Positions 1-13,556 of a stretch of 64,000 nucleotides of DNA are shown piece by piece. A program made the position numbers and the translations under genes. Each line of letters begins with the position of its first letter. The first letter of the stretch is position 1. The DNA lies in contig NC_092679.1 of the NCBI RefSeq assembly GCF_964355755.1, positions 8,586,201-8,650,200 of the forward strand, in the 5' to 3' direction. Below the pieces are notes generated by a model. It did not search any database, was not told where the DNA came from, and was given only the letters and a program-made list of their open reading frames with translations. Source of the stretch: Antedon mediterranea (taxonomy: Eukaryota > Animalia > Echinodermata).

Positions 1-1641
1 AGAGAGAGATAGATCAGCGAGAGAGAGAGATAGATCAGCGAGAGAGAGATAGATCAGCGAGAGAAAGAGAGATAGATCAGCGAGAGAGAGAGAGAGAGAG
101 ATAGATCAGCGAGAGAGAGAGAGATAGATCAGCGAGAGAGAGTGAGAGAGATAGATCAGCGAGAGAGAGTGAGAGAGATAGATCAGCGAGAGAGAGAGAT
201 CAGCGAGAGATAGATAGATCAGCGAGAGGGAGAGATAGATCAGCGAGAGAGAAATAGATCAGCGAGAGAGAGATAGATCAGCGAGAGGGAGAGATAGATC
301 AGCGAGAAAGAGATAGATCAGCGAGAGAGAGATAGATCAGCGAGAGAGAGATAGATCAGCGAGAGAGAGATAGATCAGCGAGAGAGAGATAGATCAGCGA
401 GAGAGAGATAGATCAGCGAGAGAGAGAGATAGATCAGCGAGATAGAGAAAGATCAGCGAGAGAGAGATAGATCAGCGACAGAGAGATAGATCAGCGAGAG
501 AGAGATAGATCAGCGAGAGAGATATAGATCAGCGAGAGAGAGAGAGATAGATCAGCGAGAGCGAGATAGATTAGCGAGAGAGAGATAGATCAGCGAGAGA
601 GAGAGATAGATCAGCGAGAGAGAAAGAGAGATAGATCAGCGAGAAAGAGATAGATCAGCGAGAGAGATAGATAGATCAGCGAGAGAGAGAAAAAGAGATA
701 GATCAGCGAGAGAGAGAGAGAGAGAGATAGATCAGCGAGAGAGAGAGAGATAGATCAGCGAGAGAGAGATAGATCAGCGAGAGGGAGAGATAGATCAGCG
801 AGAGAGATAGATCAGCGAGAGAGAGATAGATCAGCGAGAGAGAGATAGCTCAGCGAGAGAGAGAGATAGATCAACGAGAGAGAGAGAGAGATAGATCAGC
901 GAGAGAGAGAGAGATCAGCGAGAGAGAGACAGATCAGCGAGAGAGAGATAGATCAGCGAGAGAGAGATAGATAGATCAGCGAGAGAGAGATAGATCAGCG
1001 AGAGAGATATAGATCAGCGAGAGAGAGATAGATCAGCGAGAGATAGATAGATATGCGAGAGAGAGATAGATCAGCAAGAGAGAGATAGATCAGCGAGAGA
1101 GAGAGATAGATCAGCGAGAGCGAGATAGATTAGCGAGAGAGAGATAGATCAGCGAGAGAAAGATAGATCAGCGAGAAAGAGATAGATCAGCGAGAGAGAT
1201 AGATAGATCAGCGAGAAAGAGATAGATCAGCGAGAGAGAGAGAGAGAGATAGATCAGCGAGAGAGAGAGAGATAGATCAGCGAGAGAGAGATAGATCAGC
1301 GAGAGAGAGATAGATCAGCGAGAGAGAGATAGATCAGCGAGAGAGAGATAGATCAGCGAGAGAGAGATAGATCAGCGAGAGAGAGATAGATCAGCGAGAG
1401 AGAGAGATATATCAGCGAGAGAGAGAAAGATCAGCGAGAGAGAGAGAGAGATAGATCAGCGACAGAGAGATAGATCAGCGAGAGAGAGATAGATCAGCGA
1501 GAGAGAGAGAGATCAGCGAGAGAGAGAGATAGATCAGCGAGAGAGAGATAGATCAGCGAGAGAGAGAGAGAGATAGATTAGCGAGAGAGAGAGAGATAGA
1601 TCAGCGAGAAAGAGATAGATCAGCGAGAGAGATAGATACAT

Positions 1642-2061
1642 ATATATATAAACTTTATTTAGACACGAGACTGATGTGCAGTACAACTCGTTCAATCAAT
1701 ATTGATTGTTTTTACACAAGTTCGTGATACTGTATTACAAAACAAAAAAAAATCAACACCATATAAATACAACAGAAACGAAAAAAATTGATATTGAAAA
1801 GAAATAAAATTACAGCAGAATCCCCTTCATCTGACACCTCTATTTAGGGTACACCATACCGGTACTTCCCGTGTAAACGGAAACCCTTATCGAAGTGTAT
1901 AATTCATGGGGATTCAACTGTAATACATAATAAATCTTTTGGATTTCATTGACGTTAAAATAATAGTGATAAAACACACATTTTACATAGTATTTAGCCA
2001 TTTTAAAAGTTGGATGTAGATCGTAGATTACCATACCATTATGTTTTACAATGCATTTTTC
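1642..2061 (-). mobile_element. 5'-truncated non-LTR retrotransposon (LINE-like) 3' end
   Basis: Unique AT-rich 420 bp flanked by direct repeat AGATACAT (1634-1641, 2062-2069). The minus strand ends in AATAAAGTT followed by a (TA)n tail. An open frame runs from the truncated 5' edge (KCIVKHNGMVIYDLHPTFKMAKYYVK...) into a T-rich 3'UTR-like part. Clade not determinable by eye. Confidence 0.65.
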
Positions 2062-4945
2062 AGATACATCAGCGAGAGAGAGAGAGATAGATCAGCGAGA
2101 GAGAGAGAGATAGATCAGCGAGAGAGAGAGAGAGATAGATCAGCGAGAGAGAGATAGATCAGCGAGAGAGAGATAGATCAGCGAGAGGGAGAGATAGTTC
2201 AGCGAGAGAGATATAGATCAGCGAGAGAGAGATAGATCAGCGAGAGAGAGAGATAGATCAGCGAGAGAGAGATAGATCAGCGAGAGAGAGAGATAGATCA
2301 GCGAGAGAGAGAGAGAGATAGATCAGCAAGAGAGAGAAAGATCAGCGAGAGAGAGATAGATCAGCGACAGAGAGATAGATCAGCGAGAGAGAGATAGATC
2401 AGCGAGAGAGAGAGAGGTCAGCGAGAGAGAGAGATAGATCAGCGAGAGAGAGATAGATCAGCGAGAGAGAGATAGATAGATCAGCGAGAGAGATAGATAG
2501 ATCAGCGAGAGAGAGATAGATCAGCGAAAGAGAGATAGATAGATCAGCGAGAGAGAGATAGATCAGCGAGAGAGATAGATTAGCGAGAGAGAGATAGATA
2601 GATGAGCGAGAGAGAGAGATAGATCAGCGAGAGAGAGATAGATCAGCGAGAGAGAGATAGATAGATATGCGAGAGAGAGATAGATAGATCAGCGAGAGAG
2701 AGATAGATAGATCAGCGAGAGAGAGATAGATAGATCAGCGAGAGAGAGATAGATCAGCGAGAGAGAGATAGATCAGCGAGAGAGAGATAGATCAGCGAGA
2801 GAGAGAGAGAGATAAATAAGCGAGAGAGAGATAGATCAGCGAGAGAGAGATAGATCAGCGAGAGAGAGATAGATCAGCGAGAGGGAGAGATAGATCAGCG
2901 AGAGAGAGATAGATCAGCGAGAGAGAGAGATAGATCAGCGAGAGAGATAGATCAGCGAGAGAGAGATAGATCAGCGAGAGAGAGATAGATCAGCGAGAGA
3001 GAGAGATGGATCAGCGAGAGAGAGAGAGAGATAGATCAGCGAGATAGAGAAAGATCTGCGAGAGAGAGATAGATCAGCGAGAGAGAGATAGATCAGCGAG
3101 AGAGAGATAGATCAGCGAGAGAGAGATAGATCAGCGAGAGAGAGAGAGAGAGAGAGATAAATAAGCGAGAGAGAGATAGATCAGCGAGAGAGAGATAGAT
3201 CAGCGAGAGAGAGATAGATCAGCGAGAGGGAGAGATAGATCAGCGAGAGAGAGATAGATCAGCGAGAGAGAGATAGATCAGCGAGAAAGATAGATCAGCG
3301 AGAGAGAGATAGATCAGCGAGAGAGAGATAGATCAGCGAGAGAGAGAGATGGATCAGCGAGAGAGAGAGAGAGATAGATCAGCGAGATAGAGAAAGATCT
3401 GCGAGAGAGAGATAGATCAGCGAGAGAGAGATAGATCAGTGAGAGAGAGATAGATCAGCGAGAGAGAGATAGATCAGCGAGAGAGAGATAGATCAGCGAG
3501 AGAGAGAGAGAGATAGATCAGCGAGATAGAGAAAGATCAGCGAGAGAGAGATAGATCAGCGACAGAGAGATAGATCAGCGAGAGAGATATAGATCAGCGA
3601 GAGAGATATTGATCAGCGAAAGAGAGACAGGTCAACGAGAGATAGATAGATCAGCGAGAGAGAGATAGATCAGCGAGAGAGAGAGAGATAGATCAGCGAA
3701 AAAGAGATAGATCAGCGAGAGAGATAGATAGATCAGCGAGAGAGAGATAGATCAGCGAGAGAGAGAGAGATAGATCAGAGAGAGAGAGAGAGAGATAGAT
3801 CAGCGAGAGAGAGATAGATCAGCGAGAGAGAGATAGATCAGCGAGAGGGAGAGATAGATCAGCGAGAGAGATATAGATCAGCGAGAGAGAGATAGATCAG
3901 CGAGAGAGAGATAGATCAGCGAGAGAGAGATAGATCAGCGAGAGAGAGATAGATCAGCGAGAGAGAGAGATAGATCAGCGAGAGAGAGATATATATCAGC
4001 GAGAGAGAGAAAGATCAGCGAGAGAGAGAGAGATAGATCAGCGACAGAGAGATAGATCAGCGAGAGAGAGATAGATCAGCGAGAGAGAGAGAGATTTGCG
4101 AGAGAGAGAGATAGATCAGCGAGAGAGAGATAGATCAGCGAGAGAGAGATAGATAGATCAGCGAGAGAGAGATAGATAGATCAGCGAGAGAGAGATAGAT
4201 CAGCTAAAGAGAGATAGATAGATCAGCGAGAGAGAGATAGATCAGCGAGAGAGATAGATTAGCGAGAGAGAGATAGATAGATGAGCGAGAGAGAGATAGA
4301 TCAGCGAGAGAGAGATAGATCAGCGAGAGAGAGATAGATAGATCAGCGAGAGAGAGATAGATAGATCAGCGAGAGAGAGATAGATAGATCAGCGAGAGAG
4401 AGATAGATAGATCAGCGAGAGAGAGATAGATCAGCGAGAGAGAGAGAGAGATAGATCAGCGAGAAAGAGATAGATCAGCGAGAGAGATAGATAGATCAGC
4501 GAGAGAGAGATAGATCAGCGAGAGAGAGAGAGAGAGATAGATCAGAGAGAGAGAGAGAGAGAGATAGATCAGCGAAAGAGAGAGAGATAGATCAGCGACA
4601 GAGAGATAGATCAGCGAGAGAGAGATAGATCAGCAAGAGGGAGAGATAGATCAGCGAGAGAGAGATAGATCAGCGAGAGAGAGATAGATCAGCGAGAGAG
4701 AGAGAGAGAGAGAGATCAGCGAGAGAGAGAGAGATCAGCGAGAGAGAGAGATCAGCAAGAGAGAGAGAGAGACCAGCGAGAAAAAGTGAGATAAGCGAGA
4801 GAGAGATCAGCAGTGAGAGAGAGAGCGATCAGCGAGAGAGAGATCAGTGAGAGAGAGATCAGCCACAGAGAGAACAGCGAGAGAGAGATCAGCTAGAGAG
4901 AGAGAGAGATAAGTGAGAGGAAAAGAGAGATCAGCGTTGAGAGAG

Positions 4946-5064
4946 CACACTCACGTCATATTGCGAATTTTGGACAAAAAGTGTTTTGAGAGCGCTTTTG
5001 ATTTAAACATTAGCGCGAGCCTATCTTACCGCTGAGAATTGTATTGAGAAACCCGAAGGGAGCC
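4946..5064. other. 119-bp unique island in GA satellite, copy 1
   Basis: Non-repetitive sequence flanked by TTGAGAGAG at 4937-4945 and 5065-5073, within a diverged satellite stretch (~4770-5460). Confidence 0.8.
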
Positions 5065-7051
5065 TTGAGAGAGATCAGCGAGAGAGAGATCAACGAGAGA
5101 GAGAGATCGGCGAGATAGAGATCAGCGATAGAGAGATCAGTGAGAGAGACTGAGGGCAACAAGAAAGAGACAGAGAGCAGCAAGAGGGACAGAGAGCAAC
5201 GAGAGAGAGAGACAAATAGCAGCGATAGAGAGACAGATATCAGTGAGAAAGATACAGAGAGCAGCGAGAGAGCGAGAAAAAGATCAGCGAGAGATAGATC
5301 AGCGAGAGAGAAAGAGGTCAGCGAGAAAGAGTGAGATCAGCGAGAGAGAGATCAGCGAAAGAGAGATCAGCAGGAGAGAGATCAGCGAGAGAGACAGATA
5401 GCAGCGATAGAGAGACAGATAGAAGCGAGAGAGAGACAGAGAGCAGAGAGAGAGAGAGAGAGAGATCAGTGAGAGATAGATCAGCGAGAGAGAGATATTA
5501 GTGAGAGAGAGATCAGCGAGAGAGAGATAGATCAGCGAGAGAGAGATAGATCAGCGAGAGAGAGATAGATCAGCGAGAGAGAGATAGATCAGCGAGAGAG
5601 AGAGATAGATCAGCGAGAGAGAGATAGATAGATCAGCGAGCGAGAGAGAGATAGATCAGCGAGAGAGATAGATTAGCGAGAGAGAGATAGATAGATGAGC
5701 GAGAGAGAGATAGATGAGCGAGAGAGAGATAGATCAGCGAGAGAGAGATAGATCAGCGAGAAAGAGATAGATCAGCGAGAGAGAGATAGATAGATCAGCG
5801 AGAGAGAGAGATAGATCAGCGAGAGAGAGAGAGAGAGAGAGATAGATCAGCGAGAGAGAGAGAGATAGATCAGCGAGAGAGAGATAGATCAGCGAGAGAG
5901 AGATAGATCAGCGAGAGGGAGAGATAGATCAGCGAGAGAGAGATAGATCAGTGAGAGAGAGATAGATCAGCGAGAGAGAGATAGATTAGCGAGAGAGAGA
6001 TAGATCAGCGAGAGAGAGAGAGAGATAGATCAGAGAGAGAGAGAGATAGATCAGCGAGAGAGAGATAGATCAGCGAGAGAGAGAGATGGATTAGCAAGAG
6101 AGAGATAGATCAGCGAGGGAGAGATAGATCAGCGAGAGAGAGAGATCAGCGAGAGAGAGAGATAGATCAGCGAGAGAGAGATAGATCTGCGAGAGAGAGA
6201 TAGATCAGCGAGAGAGAGATAGATAGATCAGCGAGAGAGATAGATCAGCGAGAGAGATATAGATCAGCGAGAGAGAGATAGATCAGCGAGAGATAGATAG
6301 ATCAGCGAGAGAGAGAGATAGATCAGCGAGAGCGAGATAGATTAGCGAGAGAGAGATAGATCAGCGAGAGAGAGATAGATCAGCGAGAGAGAGAGAGAGA
6401 TAGATCAGCGAGAAAGAGATAGATCACCGAGAGAGATAGATAGATCAGCCAGAGAGAGATAGATCAGCGAGAGAGAGAGAGAGATAGATCAGCGAAAGAG
6501 AGAGAGAGATAGATCAGCGAGAGAGAGATAGATCAGCGAGAGAGAGATAGATCAGCGAGAGGGAGAGATAGATCAGCGAGAGAGAGATAGATCAGCGAGA
6601 GAGAGATAGATCAGCGAGAGAGAGATAGATCAGCGAGAGAGATAGATCAGCGAGAGAGAGATAGATCAGCGAGAGAGAGAAATAGATCAGCGAGAGAGAG
6701 AAAGATCAGCGAGAGAGAGATAGGTCAGCAACAGAGAGATAGATCAGCGAGAGAGAGATAGATCAGCGAGAGAGATATAGATCAGCGAGAGAGAGATAGA
6801 TCAGCGAGAGAGAGATAGATCAGCGAGAGAGAGATAGATCAGCGAGAGAGAGAAAGATCAGCGAGAGAGAGATAGATCAGTGAGAGAGAGATAGATCAGT
6901 GAGAGAGAGATAGATTAGCGAGAGAGAGATAGATCAGCGAGAGAGAAAGAGATAGATCAGAGAGAGAGAGATAGATCAGCGAGAGAGAGATAGATCAGCG
7001 AGAGAGAGATAGATTAGCAAGAGAGAGATAGATCAGCGAGAGAGAGATAGA

Positions 7052-7082
<31 letters not shown>

Positions 7083-8523
7083 TCAGCGAGAGAGAGATAG
7101 ATCATCGAGAGAGAGATAGATCAGCGAGAGAGAGATAGATAGATAAGCGAGAGAGAGATAGATAGATCAGCGAGAGAGAGATAGATCAGCGAAAGAGAGA
7201 TAGATAGATCAGCGAGAGAGAGATAAATCAGCGAGAGAGATAGATTAGCGAGAGAGAGAGATAGATAAGCGAGAGAGAGAAAGATCAGCGAGAGAGAGAT
7301 AGATCAGCGAGAGAGAGATAGATCAGCGAGAGAGATAGATCAGCGAGAGAGAGAAATAGATCAGCGAGAGAGAGAAAGATAGATCAGCGAGAGAGAGATA
7401 GATCAGCGAGAGAGAGATAGATAAGCGAGAGAGAGATAGATTAGCGAGAGGGATAGATCAGCGAGAGAGAGATAGATCAGCGAGAGAGAGAGATCAGCGA
7501 GAAAGAGAGATAGATCAGCGAGACAGAGATAGATCAGCGAGAGAGAGATAGATCAGCGAGAGAGAGATAGATCAGCGAGAGAGAGATAGATCAGCGAGAG
7601 AGAGAGAGAGAGAGATCAGCGAGAGAGAGAGAGAGAGATAGATCAGCGAGAGAGAGATAGATCAGCGAGAGAGAGAGATAGATCAGCGAGAGAGAGTGAG
7701 AGAGATAGATCAGCGAGAGAGAGATAGATCAGCGAGAGAGAGATAGATAGATCAGCGAGAGAGAGATAGATAGATCAGCGAGAGAGAGATAGATCAGCGA
7801 GAGAGAGATAGATAGATCAGCGAGAGAGAGATAGGTCAGCGAGAGAGAGATAGATCAGCGAGAGAGATAGATAGATCAGCGAGAGAGAGATAGATCAGCG
7901 AGAGAGAGAGAGAGAGATAGATCAGCGAGAGAGAGAGATAGATCAGCGAGAGAGAGATAGATCAGCGAGAGAGAGATAGGTCAGCGACAGAGAGATAGAT
8001 CAGCGAGAGAGAGATAGATAGATCAGCGAGAGAGAGATAGATCAGCTAAAGAGAGATAGATAGATCAGCGAGAGAGAGATAGATCAGCGAGAGAGATAGA
8101 TTAGCGAGAGAGAGATAGATCAGCGAGAGAGAGATAGATAGATCAGCGAGAGAGAGATAGATAGATCAGCGAGAGAGAGATAGATCAGCTAAAGAGAGAT
8201 AGATAGATCAGCGAGAGAGAGATAGATCAGCGAGAGAGATAGATTAGCGAGAGAGAGATAGATAGATGAGCGAGAGAGAGATAGATCAGCGAGAGAGAGA
8301 TAGATCAGCGAGAGAGAGATAGATAGATCAGCGAGAGAGAGATAGATAGATCAGCGAGAGAGAGATAGATAGATCAGCGAGAGAGAGATAGATAGATCAG
8401 CGAGAGAGAGATAGATCAGCAAGAGAGAGAGAGATAGATCAGCGAGAAAGAGATAGATCAGCGAGAGAGATAGATAGATCAGCGAGAGAGAGATAGATCA
8501 GCGAGAGAGAGAGAGAGAGATAG

Positions 8524-8559
<36 letters not shown>

Positions 8560-8909
8560 TCAGTGAAAGAGAGAGAGATAGATCAGCGACAGAGATATAG
8601 ATCAGCGAGAGAGAGATAGATCAGCAAGAGGGAGAGATAGATCAGCGAGAGAGAGATAGATCAGCGAGAGAGAGATAGATCAGCGAGAGAGAGAGAGAGA
8701 TCAGCGAGAGAGAGATCAGCGAGAGAGAGAGAGACCAGCGAGAAAAAGTGAGATAAGCGAGAGAGAGATCAGCAGTGAGAGAGAGAGAGCGATCAGCGAG
8801 AGAGAGATCAGTGAGAGAGAGATCAGCCACAGAGAGAACAGCGAGAGAGAGATCAGCTAGAGAGAGAGAGAGATAAGTGAGAGGAAAAGAGAGATCAGCG
8901 TTGAGAGAG

Positions 8910-9028
8910 CACACTCACGTCATATTGCGAATTTTGGACAAAAAGTGTATTGAGAGCGCTTTTGATTTAAACATTAGCGCGAGCCTGTCTTACCGCTGAG
9001 AATTGTATTGAGAAACCCGAAGGGAGCC
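8910..9028. other. 119-bp unique island in GA satellite, copy 2
   Basis: Near-identical to 4946-5064 (2 substitutions seen), offset 3964 bp, with the same TTGAGAGAG flanks (8901-8909, 9029-9037). Confidence 0.8.
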
Positions 9029-12000
9029 TTGAGAGAGATCAGCGAGAGAGAGATCAACGAGAGAGAGAGATCGGCGAGATAGAGATCAGCGATAGAGAGA
9101 TCAGTGAGAGAGACTGAGGGCAACAAGAAAGAGACAGAGAGCAGCAAGAGGGACAGAGAGCAACGAGAGAGAGAGAGACAAATAGCAGCGATAGAGAGAC
9201 AGATATCAGTGAGAAAGATACAGAGAGCAGCGAGAGAGCGAGAAAAAGATCAGCGAGAGATAGATCAGCGAGAGAGAAAGAGGTCAGCGAGAAAGAGTGA
9301 GATCAGCGAGAGAGAGATCAGCGAAAGAGAGATCAGCAGGAGAGAGATCAGCGAGAGAGACAGATAGCAGCGATAGAGAGACAGATAGAAGCGAGAGAGA
9401 GACAGAGAGCAGAGAGAGAGAGAGAGAGAGAGATCAGTGAGAGATAGATCAGCGAGAGAGAGATATTAGTGAGAGAGAGATCAGCGAGAGAGAGATAGAT
9501 CAGCGAGAGAGAGATAGATCAGCGAGAGAGAGATAGATCAGCGAGAGAGAGATAGATCAGCGAGAGAGAGATAGATCAGCGAGAGAGAGATAGATAGATC
9601 AGCGAGCGAAAGAGAGATAGATCAGCGAGAGAGATAGATCAGCGAGAGAGAGAGATAGATCAGCGAGAGAGAGATAGATAGATCAGCGAGAGAGAGATAG
9701 ATAGATCAGCGAGAGAGAGATAGATCAGCGAGAGAGAGATAGATAGATCAGCGAGAGAGAGATAGGTCAGCGAGAGAGAGATAGATCAGCGAGAGAGATA
9801 GATAGATCAGCGAGAGAGAGATAGATCAGCGAGAGAGAGAGAGAGAGATAGATCAGCGAGAGAGAGAGATAGATCAGCGAGAGAGAGATAGATCAGCGAG
9901 AGAGAGATAGATCAGCGAGAGGGAGAGATAGAACAGCGAGAGAGAGATAGATCAGCGAAAGAGATAGACCAGCGAGAGAGAGATAGATCAGCGAGAGAGA
10001 TAGATCAGCGAGAGAGAGAGATAGATCAGCGAGAGAGAGAGAGATAGATCAGCGAGAGAGAGAAAGATCAGCGAGAGAGAGATAGGTCAGCGACAGAGAG
10101 ATAGATCAGCGAGAGAGAGAGATAGATCAGCGAGAGAGATATAGATCAGCGAGAGAGAGATAGATCAGCGAGAGAGAGAGATAGATCAGCTAGAGAGAGA
10201 AAGATCAGCGAGAGAGAGATAGATCAGTGAGAGAGAGATAGATCAGCGAGAGAGAGATAGATTAGCGAGAGAGAGATAGATCAGCGAGAGAGAGAGAGAG
10301 ATAGATCAGAGAGAGAGAGAGATAGGTCAGCGAGAGAGAGATAGATCAGCGAGAGAGATAGATAGATCAGCGAGAGAGAGATAGATCAGCGAGAGAGAGA
10401 GAGAGAGATAGATCAGCGAGAGAGAGAGATAGATCAGCGAGAGAGAGATAGATCAGCGAGAGAGAGATAGATCAGCGAGAGGGAGAGATAGAACAGCGAG
10501 AGAGAGATAGATCAGCGAAAGAGATAGACCAGCGAGAGAGAGATAGATCAGCGAGAGAGATAGATCAGCGAGAGAGAGAGATAGATCAGCGAGAGAGAGA
10601 GAGATAGATCAGCGAGAGAGAGAAAGATCAGCGAGAGAGAGATAGGTCAGCGACAGAGAGATAGATCAGCGAGAGAGAGAGATAGATCAGCGAGAGAGAT
10701 ATAGATCAGCGAGAGAGAGATAGATCAGCGAGAGAGAGAGATAGATCAGCTAGAGAGAGAAAGATCAGCGAGAGAGAGATAGATCAGTGAGAGAGAGATA
10801 GATCAGCGAGAGAGAGATAGATTAGCGAGAGAGAGATAGATCAGCGAGAGAGAGAGAGAGATAGATCAGAGAGAGAGAGAGATAGATCAGCGAGAGAGAG
10901 ATAGATCAGCGAGAGAGAGAGATAGATTAGCAAGAGAGAGATAGATAGATCAGCGAGAGAGAGATAGATCAGCGAGAGAGAGAGAGAGAGAGAGAGATAG
11001 ATCAGCGAGAGAGAGAGAGATAGATCAGCGAGAGAGAGATAGATCAGCGAGAGAGAGATAGATCAGCGAGAGGGAGAGATAGATCAGCGAGAGAGATATA
11101 GATCAGCGAGAGAGAGATAGATCAGCGAGAGAGAGATAGATCAGCGAGAGAGAGATAGATCAGCGAGAGAGAGAGATAGATCAGCGAGAGAGAGAGATAG
11201 ATCAGCGAGAGAGAGAAAGATCAGCGAGAGAGAGATAGATCAGCGACAGAGAGATAGATCAGCGAGAGAGAGAGATAGATCAGCGAGAGAGAGAGAGAGA
11301 GAGGTCAGCGAGAGAAAGAGAGATAGATCAGCGAGAGAGAGATAGATCAGCGAGAGAGAGATAGATAGATAAGCGAGAGAGAGATAGATAGATCAGCGAG
11401 AGAGAGATAGATCAGCGAAAGAGAGATAGATAGATCAGCGAGAGAGAGATAAATCAGCGAGAGAGATAGATTAGCGAGAGAGAGAGATAGATAAGCGAGA
11501 GAGAGAAAGATCAGCGAGAGAGAGATAGATCAGCGAGAGAGAGATAGATCAGCGAGAGAGATAGATCAGCGAGAGAGAGAAATAGATCAGCGAGAGAGAG
11601 AGATCAGCGAGAAAGAGAGATAGATCAGCGAGACAGAGATAGATCAGCGAGAGAGAGATAGATCAGCGAGAGAGAGATAGATCAGCGAGAGAGAGATAGA
11701 TCAGCGAGAGAGAGAGAGAGAGATCAGCGAGAGAGAGAGAGAGAGATCAGCGAGAGAGAGAGAGAGATAGATCAGCGAGAGAGAGATAGATCAGCGAGAG
11801 AGAGAGATAGATCAGCGAGAGAGAGTGAGAGAGATAGATCAGCGAGAGAGAGATAGATCAGCGAGAGAGAGATAGATAGATCAGCGAGAGAGAGATAGAT
11901 AGATCAGCGAGAGAGAGATAGATCAGCGAGAGAGAGATAGATAGATCAGCGAGAGAGAGATAGGTCAGCGAGAGAGAGATAGATCAGCGAGAGAGATAGA

Positions 12001-13525
12001 TAGATCAGCGAGAGAGAGATAGATCAGCGAGAGAGAGAGAGAGAGATAGATCAGCGAGAGAGAGAGATAGATCAGCGAGAGAGAGATAGATCAGCGAGAG
12101 AGAGATAGATCAGCGAGAGGGAGAGATAGAACAGCGAGAGAGAGATAGATCAGCGAACGAGATAGACCAGCGAGAGAGAGATAGATCAGCGAGAGAGATA
12201 GATCAGCGAGAGAGAGAGATAGATCAGCGAGAGAGAGAGAGATAGATCAGCGAGAGAGAGAAAGATCAGCGAGAGAGAGATAGGTCAGCGACAGAGAGAT
12301 AGATCAGCGAGAGAGAGAGATAGATCAGCGAGAGAGATATAGATCAGCGAGAGAGAGATAGATCAGCGAGAGAGAGAGATAGATCAGCTAGAGAGAGAAA
12401 GATCAGCGAGAGAGAGATAGATCAGTGAGAGAGAGATAGATCAGCGAGAGAGAGATAGATTAGCGAGAGAGAGATAGATCAGCGAGAGAGAGAGAGAGAT
12501 AGATCAGAGAGAGAGAGAGATAGATCAGCGAGAGAGAGATAGATCAGCGAGAGAGAGAGATAGATTAGCAAGAGAGAGATAGATCAGCGAGGGAGAGATA
12601 GATCAGCGAGAGAGAGAGATCAGCGAGAGAGAGAGATAGATCAGCGAGAGAGAGATAGATCTGCGAGAGAGAGATAGATCAGCGAGAGAGAGATAGATAG
12701 ATCAGCGAGAGAGATAGATCAGCGAGAGAGATATAGATCAGCGAGAGAGAGATAGATCAGCGAGAGATAGATAGATCAGCGAGAGAGAGAGATAGATCAG
12801 CGAGAGCGAGATAGATTAGCGAGAGAGAGATAGATCAGCGAGAGAGAGATAGATCAGCGAGAGAGAGAGAGAGATAGATCAGCGAGAAAGAGATAGATCA
12901 CCGAGAGAGATAGATAGATCAGCCAGAGAGAGATAGATCAGCGAGAGAGAGAGAGAGATAGATCAGCGAAAGAGAGAGAGAGATAGATCAGCGAGAGAGA
13001 GATAGATCAGCGAGAGAGAGATAGATCAGCGAGAGGGAGAGATAGATCAGCGAGAGAGAGATAGATCAGCGAGAGAGAGATAGATCAGCGAGAGAGAGAT
13101 AGATCAGCGAGAGAGATAGATCAGCGAGAGAGAGATAGATCAGCGAGAGAGAGAAATAGATCAGCGAGAGAGAGAAAGATCAGCGAGAGAGAGATAGGTC
13201 AGCAACAGAGAGATAGATCAGCGAGAGAGAGATAGATCAGCGAGAGAGATATAGATCAGCGAGAGAGAGATAGATCAGCGAGAGAGAGATAGATCAGCGA
13301 GAGAGAGATAGATCAGCGAGAGAGAGAAAGATCAGCTAGAGAGAGATAGATCAGTGAGAGAGAGATAGATCAGTGAGAGAGAGATAGATTAGCGAGAGAG
13401 AGATAGATCAGCGAGAGAGAAAGAGATAGATCAGAGAGAGAGAGATAGATCAGCGAGAGAGAGATAGATCAGCGAGAGAGAGATAGATTAGCAAGAGAGA
13501 GATAGATCAGCGAGAGAGAGATAGA

Positions 13526-13556
<31 letters not shown>

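Noticed and set aside
5140-9367. R/E/S-rich and L/S-rich ORFs
   Set aside because: Low-complexity translations of GA repeats.
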